DNA of 62,000 nucleotides from Chiloscyllium plagiosum (lineage: Eukaryota). The notes beneath the pieces are model-generated. The model saw only the letters and a list, made by a program, of their open reading frames with translations. It did not search any database and was not told the origin of the DNA. The stretch spans positions 52,949,723 to 53,011,722 of the forward strand of contig NC_057728.1 in assembly GCF_004010195.1 (NCBI RefSeq), in the 5' to 3' direction. Shown piece after piece: positions 49,199 to 60,525 of the stretch; positions within the stretch are counted from its first letter, which is position 1; each line of letters opens with the position of its first letter. Position numbers and translations under genes: made by a program.

Positions 49199-51262
49199 CT
49201 TTCATTCTATTATGCATTTTCCCATTTGCTTTTCTTCTGCCATTCTTTCACAGCATCTGTATTTAATTAAAGACTGTCTCATCTCTTCTACAGTTCTAAC
49301 TGAATCACCCACCAGAACCTTCAACTGTATTTCTCTACAGACACTGTTGACCTGGTTTACTCCAGAAAGCTGGATGGTGAAGCACAGAATTGGAGCCATT
49401 CTTTGCACTCTTTTATAAGCTTTATTTGGAAAGGTACACATTACAATCATGTGCCTCCTAGCCTAACAACCATGATTTAAATCTGTTCCTATTTTTAGGA
49501 TCTTTCATAAATCTCCAATTAATGCTCACCACCTGCATACAATGAAATGCAATTAACATGACTGCATGAAATCTAGATTTAGATTTCTAGCATCTATCTC
49601 TTTCTGCCTCATCATTTATCTAGCTTTCCTTTAAATGCATGTATGCTGTTCAGCTCAACTACTCCCTTTGTTTATAAGTTCTGAGTTCTAATTTCTCTCT
49701 CATCGGTTTCTTTTCTAGATTTAACGTTGACAATCATATTTAAGGCCCCTCATGTCAGTCTCCCCATAAGTGGAAACAAATATTAAAGAGCTTAACTTTA
49801 TTGTTGTTTATCAGATGATAGATTAGTCTGCTTCAGCTGTTGATAACATCTTGTGTTGTCACAGGAAACCTCTGAACCCTTCTGTTGGGGGATAGAGGAA
49901 ATGAAAAGATAGAAACAGACAGCGGGCCCATGTTTTGTTTTGAAGTAGAATACTGTGAAAGCAGTAGGGCCCAGAAGGTTAAGACAAAGAAGGAAGTGAT
50001 TAGAGGTTGCAAGCCAACCAAATTAATCCGCCAATGTTGGAGAACTGTGGTGTGTTATTTTCATTTCATTATTCAAAGAGATGTGTTACAACTGACATGA
50101 GAGGAATGCATTGTGGCTCCATGGGTCACGACATACCGTAAAAATGTTTTACCCAAGGCCTGATGTGGCCAGTTGTGTGCTTTCTCTGTATGAGACTTAG
50201 AATGAAATGATCCATTGACCAGGGTTCTTTAATAAAGATAATTATCAATTTATTACAAAACACTGCAGAATTTGTTAATGCACTACTTCTGTAATACAAA
50301 TACAAATTTTACCTTTCTAAGTAATCATAATACACACTCTTCAGTTAAGGAAAAAAACAGGGATTTCTCAGTGGCACCTTTTGGCAAGTGGTGATTATTC
50401 TTTTGGTTTCAAGAATTAAATGTAAAATGCTCAAAGTTTTGTCAATCTGGTGTTCTTGTGCATGTGGTCAAGTCATTAACCATACATGGTTGTCGGTGGG
50501 TGTCTTGGCACAGACAGCTTGTTCAGGAAATACAATATTATGGTTTTATTTTATTCTCTCCTCCAGAAGAATAATCAGTCTGCACACTGAATTCACCACA
50601 TGGTGCTTCAGAAATAGGAAACACAAGTTGATCAGCTTGTGTGAATTGAAAAATCTAAAGCCTTCAAACACTGTTCAAACAGAAAAGTCACAAAACCCAG
50701 TTGTAAAACAGTACAACATTTTACTGAAGTGAATTCAAGTAATCAAGACCAGTGATTATCTAGAACCAAGTGGTTTCCAAGCAATCTGTTTTTTTTTTAA
50801 ATCCAATGTGGCTTTTCATTCACTATTTTAAAAATTACAGGCATTGCCACAGTCTTTCAAATTCAAGCCCACAAAATACATCAAATGTGAGGTGTTTTCA
50901 TAATGGTTATTTTACTAAGTAAACCCAAACGAGTTTGGACATCATTGTGCTCTGTATATTTCCTTGTGGCGAAATAAATCAGCTTGATAATCAGCGTGTC
51001 ACGTTTAACCATTGTTCATTGATCTTGAACAGCTTGAGGTAGCACACATTGGAAAGACTTGAACATCCTGTCCAGTTTGCAAATTGTATTATTTAGGTGC
51101 TGCGATGCACCTCACACATATTGTGCAGATAGTTGCCCACCCTCCTGCAATTGTAAGACATTCATAGAAGCTAAAAATCACCCAACACCAGGTTATAGTC
51201 CAACAGGTTTATTTGAAAGTACTAGCTTTTTGGAGTGTTGCACCTGTGTCAGGTAGCTAGTG

Positions 51263-51479
51263 CTGGAAATGTGTTGCTGGAAAAGCGCAGCAGGTCAGGC
51301 AGCATCCAGGGAACAGGAGAATCGACGTTTCGGGCATAAGCCCTTCTCATTCCTGAAGAAGGGCTTATGCCCGAAACGTCGATTCTCCTGTTCCCTGGAT
51401 GCTGCCTGCCCTGCTGCGCTTTTCCAGCAACACATTTCCAGCTCTGATCTCCAGCATCTGCAGACCTCACTTTCTCCTC
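51263..51479 (+). mobile_element. Palindromic mini-PLE family A nested in the family-B element
   Basis: About 85-bp near-perfect inverted arms with CpGs retained. 14-bp TSD TCAGGTAGCTAGTG at 51249-51262 and 51480-51493. Confidence 0.9.
51349..51384 (+). ncRNA. Minimal type I hammerhead ribozyme motif, intact core
   Basis: AUUC-CUGAAGA-A-GGGC-UUAU-GCCC-GAAA-CG-UC-GAUU; predicted cleavage 3' of C51380. Confidence 0.72.
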
Positions 51480-51651
51480 TCAGGTAGCTAGTGGGGCACT
51501 GCCCCACTAGCTACCTGACAAAAGAACAGCGCTCCAAAAGCTAGTACTTTCAAATAAACCTGTTGGACTATAACCTGGTGTTCGGTGATTTTTAACTTTG
51601 TCCACCCCAGTCCAACACCAGCATCTCCTCATCATTCATGGAAGCAACTGT

Positions 51652-52245
51652 TCATAGAGAGGTACAGCAGGGAAACAGACCCTTTGGTCCAATCCGTCAT
51701 GCCGACCAGATATCCCAACCCAACCTAGTCCCACCTGCCAGCATCTGGCCCATATCCCTCCAAACCCTTCCTATTCATATACCCATCCAAATGCCTCTTA
51801 AATGTTGCAATTGTACCAGCTTCCACCACTTCCTCTGGCAGCTCATTCCATACACGTACTACCCTCTGTGTGAAAAATTGCCCCTTAGGTCTCTTTTATA
51901 TATTTCCCCTCTCACCCTAAACATATGCCCTCTAGTTCTGGACTCCCTGACCAGAGGGAAAAGACTTTGCCTATTTATCCTATCCATGTGCCTCATAATT
52001 TTGTAAACCTCTATAAGGTCACCCCTCAGCCTCCGACGCTCGATAGGAAGGAGACCAGAATTGCACGAAATATTCCAACAGTGGCCTAAGCAATGTCCTG
52101 TACAGCTGCAACATGACCTCCCGACTCCTGTACTCAATACTCTGACCAATAAAGGAAAGCATACCAAATGCCTTCTTCACTAGCCTTTCTATCTGTGACT
52201 CCACTTTCAAGGAGCTATGAACCTGCACTCCAAGGTCTCTTTGTT
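51652..52245 (-). mobile_element. CR1 (HER1-like) 3' portion with internal deletion
   Basis: Minus ORFs 52019-52228 and 51859-52167; the sequence jumps from FWSPSY directly to ERRRLRGDL. Confidence 0.88.
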
Positions 52246-53225
52246 GTTCAGACTGGAGGATGGTAGATGGTGATGTTCCTTAAGGGTCAGTTCTGGAACC
52301 AGTGCTGTTATATAAATGACATGGACATTGGAATACAGATTAAAATTTCCTAATCCTTGCAAATGTGGAGTTGTGGCAGACAATGAGAATGATGCAAGTC
52401 AAATGGAAGAGGTAAGTGACTGGAAATGGGCAAGTATGTGATGGGTGGAATTGAACACCAAGAAAGGTGAGATGATGCATTTCCAGAGACCAGAGAAAGA
52501 GTATATCCTTTGTTACATTTGTGGAGCACATATGAGGCAGTGGGGGAGTCTATGTGTGTAGATCTTTGAAGGTGACAGGGCATAAATAAGAAGGTAATTA
52601 GCAAAGCATACAGGATCCTAGACTGAATAAAGGTGCTGAGTTTAATAGGAGGAAAATAACAAGAACAAAAAACAGTACAGAATGGGAATAGACCCTTCGG
52701 CCCACCAAAACTGCACTGACACACAATGACTTTCTGAACTAAAAACCTTTTGCCTCTACATAGTCCACATTCTTTTATTCCCTGCCTATTCATATATCTG
52801 GCAAGATGCCTCTTAAATGTTGGTATTTTATCTGCTTCCACCACTTCCTCTGGCAGCACTATCCCAACACTTATCTCCCTCTGAGTTAAAAAAAAACTGC
52901 CTCACATCTCATTTAAACTTATCCCTTGTTACCTTAAATCTAAGTTCCCGAGTAAGTAATCTTCTAAACTCCTGTCAGGTTGCCCATTATCCTTTGACAT
53001 TCAAGTGAAAACAAACCAAGATTATCCAATCTCTCCTCATAGCTAATACCCTCCAAACTAGGCAACATCTGGGTAAACTGTTTCTTCATCCTCTCCAAAG
53101 CCTCCATATCCATCTGGTGGTGTGGTGACCAGAACTACACAATATTCCAACTGTGTCTAAAGTTCTATACAGCTGCAACATAATGTTTATACTCTTGTGC
53201 CCTAACTGATGAAGCCAAGCATGCC
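52246..53225. mobile_element. Old plus-strand CR1 RT fragment followed by a minus-strand CR1 3' portion
   Basis: LPEEVVEADKIPTFKRHLARYMNRQG (minus); GSVLEPVL..YINDMD remnant (plus). Confidence 0.7.
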
Positions 53226-53515
53226 ATAGAATCCCTTCAGTGTGGAAGCAGGCCCCCACACCAATTCTCCAAAAGCAACCCACTCAGACCCATCTTCCTA
53301 ACCTCCCTACAATCCTTGTAAATCTGAATTTACCGTGGCTAATCCATCTAACGTACACAGCTTTGGACTGTGGGAGAAAACCAAAGCACCTGGAGGAGAT
53401 CCACACAGCCACAGTGAGAATGTGCATACTCTCACACAGACAATTGCTCAAGGGTAGATTCAAACCTGGTGCTGTGAGGCAGCAGTACTAACCACTGAGC
53501 CACCATGCCACCCCA
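53226..53515 (-). mobile_element. HE1-like SINE
   Basis: rc GGGGTGGCATGGTGGCTCAGTGGTTAGTACTGCTGCCTCACAGC head. Confidence 0.8.
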
Positions 53516-53559
53516 AGGTTCTATATAACACACAAACAAGTGAAGTGTGTGCAGTTCTG

Positions 53560-53780
53560 CCTGACTTCAGATCTGATCGGGAAGCTTTCTGATTCCCACC
53601 AGCTGATTGAGACTGCACTGACGATAGTATAGAGCAGTTGGATCTAATTTCAGATTCCCTCCTAAAACCAACTTTGGAGAGGGCTTTGCCATGTAGATGT
53701 GTGATATCCTGTCAAAGGCCTTCTCCTGGTCTAGAATGATAAGGTAGGTGTCCAACTCCCTGTCCTACATGTAGGAGATC
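53560..53780 (-). mobile_element. L1/Tx1-clade RT fragment
   Basis: LDQEKAFDRISH motif typical of Tx1-type RT. Confidence 0.6.
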
Positions 53781-54299
53781 TGAGGATAGAATAGACGATT
53801 TGATTTATTATTGTCACATGCACAGTGAAAAGTTTTGTTTTGCAGGCAGTACAGGCAGATCTTTCCATACAAAGATCATAGGGTGATTCAACAGAGTGAG
53901 GAATCCAAGTTATGGCTGCAAAAAAGATACACAAAAATAAAATAAAATAATACAAAAGAGAATAGAATAACAATTTAATGTCACTTGTATGTTTGCAAAG
54001 AAAAGTGAACAGTTTTATAAGTCACCATACCATTGCGCTTAAATTAATGACAGAAGTCATAAATAAGAATGAAAAGCAAAAATACATCAGTTTAATGAAC
54101 AACTCCTGGGTTTGGGGAAGGCTGGAAAACCCAGCCGAAATTACCATGTAGAAGCAGGTCAAGACTGCCACGCAGTGCAGGCTGAGACCGCCATGCTGGG
54201 TCAAGATGACGCCGCCAGGACTGAACCTACATGGTGGGCCGTTGGAAGACCCCCTTTCTAAGCAAGGACAAGATCTCCTTGCCTGGAACACACATCATT

Positions 54300-56290
54300 C
54301 CCTTATAAGGAGTATGCCTGTCTGGGAGAAATATCCAAGTTCTTTAAGTGCTCCGTTTTGGTCCTCCCTTTTATTGCCGCATCATCTAGAAAAATGGAGA
54401 CCCAGGGGAGACGTTGTAAAATGTTCTCCATCATCCAGTCAAAAATGGCACCTTAAATTGTAATCTCGTATATTGGGACAACCCCTTATGGGTATTAATT
54501 GGAACATACTTCTGGGAATCCTCATCTAATTGCAATTACAGGTGCATGTGGCTCATGTCCAGCTTCATGAAAGACAGCCCCCCTGCCAGCTTTGCGTTTA
54601 AGTCCTCTGTGCGAGGGATTGGGTATTTATCCAGCTTTGAGGAGTGGTTTACTGTTCAAATTCCTCAAAGGCAACCCAAGCCATTGGGCTTTACAATCGG
54701 TACGACCGGTGCTGCCCATTCTGCCAACTGGACTGGTTTGATGATTCCTTTGCTTTCCAGCCTCCTGATTTCTCAGGCAGCCATTTTCTGATCAAAACGT
54801 TTTGAGGCAATCAAGGTGAATATCTCACAACCAATTTCACTCCATTAGGCATGGGCCCATGCCTTTTACTACAATCAGTATTAACTGAATCAACTGCTTC
54901 TCATAGGAGACCAGAACCCAAGTTGTACCCTTAATCTGTAAAGGATCTCCAGTATAGGTTGGCAGTCTAGCTGAAGTCTTACGCAAACTTAAGGGCTGGC
55001 GTTCAGAGTGAATTTTATTAAAAACTAGTTCTGCAATCACTGACACAGCCACACTGGCATCAACCTCCATTAGAACTAGGTGACTATTTAACCAGATCTT
55101 TATTTTGATTGTTTCTGATTTGTATGTTGCTAAGCAATTTAACTGTTCTAAGCCAGATGTAGATGAGTTTTCCAGGGTGGCACTCTCCTTGATATGGCCT
55201 ATGAGTTCTCTTACTCAATTTAGGTCTAGTGGGACTCTTTTTCTCTCTTTACCAGCAGCAACTACAATGGCTTGCTGGCCAGGATCCTGAAGAAAATGTT
55301 AACCATTTAGCCGAGGCTTGGCTTTGTTTTGGGGTTTTGCTGTGGGCTGACCTAGAGTCCCTCTGTTCAGGATGTGTCCTGTGTGAGGCTCTGCAATTGC
55401 CTTCACTCAAATGGTGTCCCCTAAGCTCAGTGGCCCTGTGTCCAGTTCCATCAGTACAACCTGTAACTCATACGCTCTACTTGCCGCACTTTCTAATGTT
55501 GAAGCTAGTTATAGTGCCTGTTTGAAGTCCAGTTGGGATTCAGCTAGTAGGCACTTTTGCATCATTAATCCCACATACCAAATAGTCTCTCAGTAACCTG
55601 TTTAGCATTAAATGAATATCACATACTTCTGCCAGTTATCTTAACCCCATCAAAATTCCTGACACGGATTCCCCTGGTACTTGAATTGCCAAGTAAAACC
55701 AATAGTGTCTCAGAATTTGAGGAGGTTTGGGTAGCAATATTTCTTCAGTAAATCTGTCAACTCTTGAAAAGTTTAGTATCTGGTACCTCAGGAAATGTTA
55801 GGCTCCAAACAACCGAAAAAGCTGTTGGGTCCACAAGCTGTCTGGGGAATTGTTTGTTGCTTTTCATCTTCCCCAACGTATTTGCCCAGAAAAAATAACA
55901 CATGCTTTCCACACACTGGGCTCAGTCTTCGACGGTAGGATTGAACGAATCAAGCTTCCCAAATAAAAGCATGATGCCAGAAATGCTTACCCCAACTCAA
56001 AGAGAACTGTTGCCAGTGATTTTCTTCAGGAGCACTTTTTTCTCTCGTTGTCACTGAAATAACTCCACAGAGGCTGGTATCCTGTCACCAAGGTCACATG
56101 CATAGTGACAACTATTTACGCATGCATAGTACTTGACACTGGTCCAGCTCCCCCAGATCCAGCTCTCAGAGTGAGCAGGATGTCTGACTCTTCTGTTTAT
56201 ATCTGTCAGCCAGCACTCCAGATTAACAGCCCCAATCAGGGAACTCATATTTTTGAGGTACACCTGGCTTACCATGTTGCAATCGCTACA
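54300..56290 (-). mobile_element. Gypsy LTR retrotransposon remnant (5' LTR, PBS, gag, protease, RT start)
   Basis: LTR 56290-56055 (TGTAG..TTTCA) followed by PBS-like TGACAACGAG. gag start MLLFGKLDSFNPTVED; protease MEVDASVAVSVI; RT WAAPVVPIVKP..DKYPIPR.EDL..KLDMSH. The 3' boundary is uncertain. Confidence 0.82.
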
Positions 56291-57526
56291 TATCCATGTC
56301 AGTCAACTAACCCCAATTCTGAGCACTTTAATTTTACGTGCTAATCTCTTATTCAGGACCTTATTGAAGGCATTCTGAAAGTTAAAGTAATCCACAGCTA
56401 CTGCCCCACCACCCACACCTCATTTCCCAAACCGGTGACTTTCACCATTGAAAGGGATAAAGGCAATTGACCCAGAGAAACATCACCAAGTTCCCCTCTA
56501 ACCCACACACCATCCAGACCTGGAACTATTTAGTTCTTCCCTCACTGTTGTTGGGCCAAAACCATGTAACTGCATTCCAAACAACACTGTGGATGTACTT
56601 TCACAACACTGTGAGTGTACTTTCAGTTCAAGAAGTCAGGTCACCTCACCCAAAGGGCAGTCCTGATTAGGAAATAAGTGCTGACTTTACTAATAATGCC
56701 CAGATTTTGAAAATGAGTATAGAAATATATAAGGATTGGAAGCATACTCAGTTTTTCAGCAAAATTCAAATTTTCTTGCTGGTTCCGTGAGGTACAAAAA
56801 CTGTGAGAAAGTTTGGAGACTCAGATTTTGTTGTGATCACTTTATATTAAATACTACCAACTGCTAATTGCAATGTTGTTTGAAATTGTATGCAATGCAC
56901 TTGACTGCAGAAGACATTACCTTGAATAGATTCTGACTTGAATATTGCAGTCTCCAATTTTAGAAACCTTTTCAATTTCTTTGTATATCTTTAAGTTGTT
57001 TCCAATTAATCCTGCATGCAGGGTTCACCCATGACTTGGAACATCATGTATTAGTTGACCATTCTTGCCATGAAAAAATTATATTGAGCAGTAAATCCAT
57101 CACAACAAAGCCTTAATAATTAGAGAGTACATAGAAGTAGAGGCATTGACTGTCCTTAGTTTATTTTTATTGTCCCAGCTGCAGTTTGGTGAGTGAGTAC
57201 AGGGTACGCCCTGTTTTGCAAGTACAATAAGGTTTGTTTGTAAAGGATTATTTATCTAACTGCATTCACAGTGTTACACTGTCCTTGACCACATTAGGTG
57301 CTTTCCTGCCATTTTTCACAGTCGGTGACAATGTCACATGTGCAGCCAATCTACTATTAGAAAGTTACATCAGTGTAGTGCACAGAAACATGGAAAAGCT
57401 TACATTCATACTTAGTGAGATCAGATGATATGGTAGTGATGTAGTGGTAATGTCAGTGGGCTAGTAATCTAGACAGCTAATGTATGGGAGACATGCGTAC
57501 GTATCCAGATAGTGGGACATTACATT

Positions 57527-57845
57527 CATAGAGTCATAGAGTCATGGAGCTGTACAGCATGGAAACAGACCCTTCAGTCCAACTTGTACATGCCGACCAG
57601 ATATCCCAACCCAATCTAGTCCCACCTGCCAGCACCTGGCCCATATCCCTCCAAACCCTTCCTATTCATATCCCATCCAGATGCCTCTAAAATGTTGTAA
57701 TTGTACCAGCGTCCACCACTTCCTCTGGCAGCTCACTCCATTGCCGTACCACCCTCTGTGTGAAAAAGTTGCTCTTTACGTCTCTTTTATATCTTTCCCC
57801 TCTCACCCTAAACCTATGCCCTCTAGTTCTGGACTCCCCAACCCA
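57527..57845 (-). mobile_element. CR1 (HER1-like) 3' end, relatively young
   Basis: Close reverse complement of 1-268, with a CATAGAGT repeat tail. Confidence 0.9.
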
Positions 57846-58229
57846 CTCTTCACAAGGGGAATTAACATTTCTGCATCCACCCTGTCAAATCATCTAAGAA
57901 CCTTGTATATTTTATTAATGGATTAGCAACTGTTCAATTTTAAGAATTGAAAAGCCAACTCTCTCTGGCAGTCCAGGGCCTAAGCCACCCACAAAACTAA
58001 CCAATAAAGATTCCTGTCTAATGACATCAATTGTTGCTTGGGGAAAATAGGGTCAAAACTGGGAGAATTACTTCCAAACCCCCATAAGTAATTTGGAAAA
58101 AAAACAAATCATTCCATAAATTTCGCTCTCTTTGCATTGAAATCTCAGTGCTGGAATTTTACAAATTGAATATTTTTTAAAACAAATTTACAGTTAAACT
58201 ATGTTTTGAGATAAAATAATTGGCTTCTA

Positions 58230-58745
58230 CCCACTCCACCACCGACATTAAGTAGCAGCACTGTGCCCATCTACAAGATGCACTGCAGAAACTCATCAGT
58301 GCACCTCAGACAGCACCTTCCAAATGCACATCCACTTCCATCTAGAAAGATAAGAGCAGCAGATATGTGGGAACACCACCCCCCTGCAAGTTCCCCTCCA
58401 AGCCATTCACCATCCTGACTTGGAAATATATTGCATTCCTTCATTGTCACTGGGTCAAAATCCTGAAAATCTCTCCCAAACAGCATTGTTCTGGAATTCC
58501 AAAGTGGCGACCATGATAATTATCATCAACTGTTGTAAAAACCCATCTGGTTTATTGAAATCCTCCAGGGAAGGAAATATGTTACAATTACCTGGTGTGA
58601 CTCCACACCAAAAGCTGTGATTGACCCATACCTGACCTATGAAATAGCTTAGGAGACCTTTAAATTCAAGAGCAATTAGAGATGGACAACAGATGCAGGC
58701 TTTATCAGTGACACCCCTGATCCATACAAGAATACTTTTTAAAAA
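58230..58745 (+). mobile_element. 3' fragment of a distinct CR1-group LINE joined to a SINE 3' half
   Basis: LHHRH.VAA..IYKMHC..SF.V.GSKS remnants; related decayed copies at about 14690-14920 and 56465-56720. Confidence 0.55.
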
Positions 58746-58779
58746 ATAACAATTTTTTATTGTCTGTGTCAAAAGGCAT

Positions 58780-59880
58780 TGGGTTTAACACCTACTTCTG
58801 AGACTTGAACACAAAACTGAAGCAGTATCAAAGGAGTGCTGCATTGTCAAAAGTGTTGTCTTTCAATTGAGATAGAACATAGAACATAGAACAATACAGC
58901 ACAGAACAGGCCCTTCGGCCCACGATGTTGTGCCGAACTTCTAACCTAGATTAAGTACCCATCCATGTACCTATCCAAATGCCGCTTAAAGGTCGCCAAT
59001 GATTCCGACTCTACCACTCCCACGGGCAGCGCATTCCATGCCCCCACCACTCTCTGGGTAAAGAACCCACCCCTGACATCTCCCCTATACCTTCCACCCT
59101 TCACCTTAAATTTATGTCCCCTTGTAACACTCTGTTGTACCCGGGGAAAAAGTTTCTGACTGTCTACTCTATCTATTCCTCTGATCATCTTATAAACCTC
59201 TATCAAGTCACCCCTCATCCTTCGCCGTTCCAACGAGAAAAGGCCGAGAACTCTCAACCTATCCTCGTACGACTTCCTCTCCATTCCAGGCAACATCCTG
59301 GTAAATCTTCTCTGCACCCTCTCCAAAGCTTCCACATCTTTCCTAAAGTGAGGCGACCAGAACTGCACACAGTACTCCAACTGTGGCCTAACCAAAGTCC
59401 TGTACAGCTGCAACATCACTTCACGACTCTTGAATTCAATCCCTCTGCTAATGAACGATAATACTCCATAGGCCTTCTTACAAACTCTATCCACCTGAGT
59501 GGCAACCTTCAAAGATCTATGTACATAGACCCCAAGATCCCTCTGTTCCTCCACCTGACTAAGAACCCTACCATTAACCCTGGTAAACCAAGGCCATATT
59601 TGTCCTATCAGCTGACAGATTCCATGGCACTATCTTAAAAATAAGAGCCAGGAAATTCCCCTCAGTGTCCTTTGCAATATTTATCCTACAACTGATGTTG
59701 CTAAAACATCAATCACATTGTCTGATTATATTTACATTGTGGTTTGCAGGAACATGCTGTGTGAAAATTGGCTGCCACAGTCCCTGCATCCCTAAAATGT
59801 CAACACGGTAAGAATTGGCTATACAATGTTTTGGAATGTTCTGAGGTTAATCAAGGTGCTAAATAAATGTAAGTTCTTCC
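58780..59880 (+). mobile_element. Deu-domain SINE (SacSINE1/AmnSINE1-like) split by a young CR1
   Basis: GAGTGCTGCATTGTC..GTCTTTCAATTGAGAT | GTAAACCAAGGCC..CCATGGCACTAT..ATATTTATCC..AAATTGGCTGCC..AAATGTAAGT. Confidence 0.65.
58873..59582 (-). mobile_element. Young 5'-truncated CR1 with uninterrupted ORF2 C-terminus
   Basis: Open 202-aa ORF 58946-59554, retained CpGs and a clean (ATGTTCT)n tail. Confidence 0.93.
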
Positions 59881-60212
59881 TTGTTTTGATTTTGTGGAGT
59901 TTGCACTCCATTGCATCAACATTGATGTGACTGTCTAGCAGTAGATTGGCTGCACGTGATATTGCCATTAACTGCGGAGGAAAGCACCTAATGTGTTCAA
60001 GGACAGTTTAACACAGCGAGTTCAGCGAGCTAGCTCATCCTTAAAAACAGGTTTATCAGTACGTGCTAAACAGGATGTACCTTTCCCTCACTCACCAAAC
60101 TACAAATGGAACAATAAAAATACACTAAGGGTAATCAATGCCTCTACATACTGTCTACATACTGTCTGATTACAAAGGGCTCCCCTTGATTGATCAGTTA
60201 CCAATTATTTAA

Positions 60213-60525
60213 AGTCATAGACCCATACAGCATGAAAACAGCCTTCAGTCCAACTCATCCATGCTGACTAGATATCCTAAAGTGAACTAGTCCCATTTGC
60301 AAACATTTGCCCATATCCCTTTGAACTCTTCCTTTTTATGTACTGATCCAGATGCCTTTTAAGTGTTGTAATTGTACTAGCCTCCACCATTTCCTCTGAC
60401 AGCTTGTTCCATGAATGCTCCACCCTCTATGTAGAAAAGTTGCCCTTCGGTCCCTTTTAAATCTTTCCCCGTTCACCTTAAAGCTATACCCTCTAGATTT
60501 GGAATCCCCTACCCGAGGGGAAAAT
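60213..60525 (-). mobile_element. CR1 3' end fragment
   Basis: Reverse complement of the HER1-like tail. Confidence 0.85.

Larger units (their letters stand above)
51172..51632 (+). mobile_element. Palindromic mini-PLE family B (outer element)
   Basis: Inverted arms centred on GTGGGGCA-C-TGCCCCAC. TSD CATTCATRGAAGC at 51159-51171 and 51633-51645. Confidence 0.88.
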
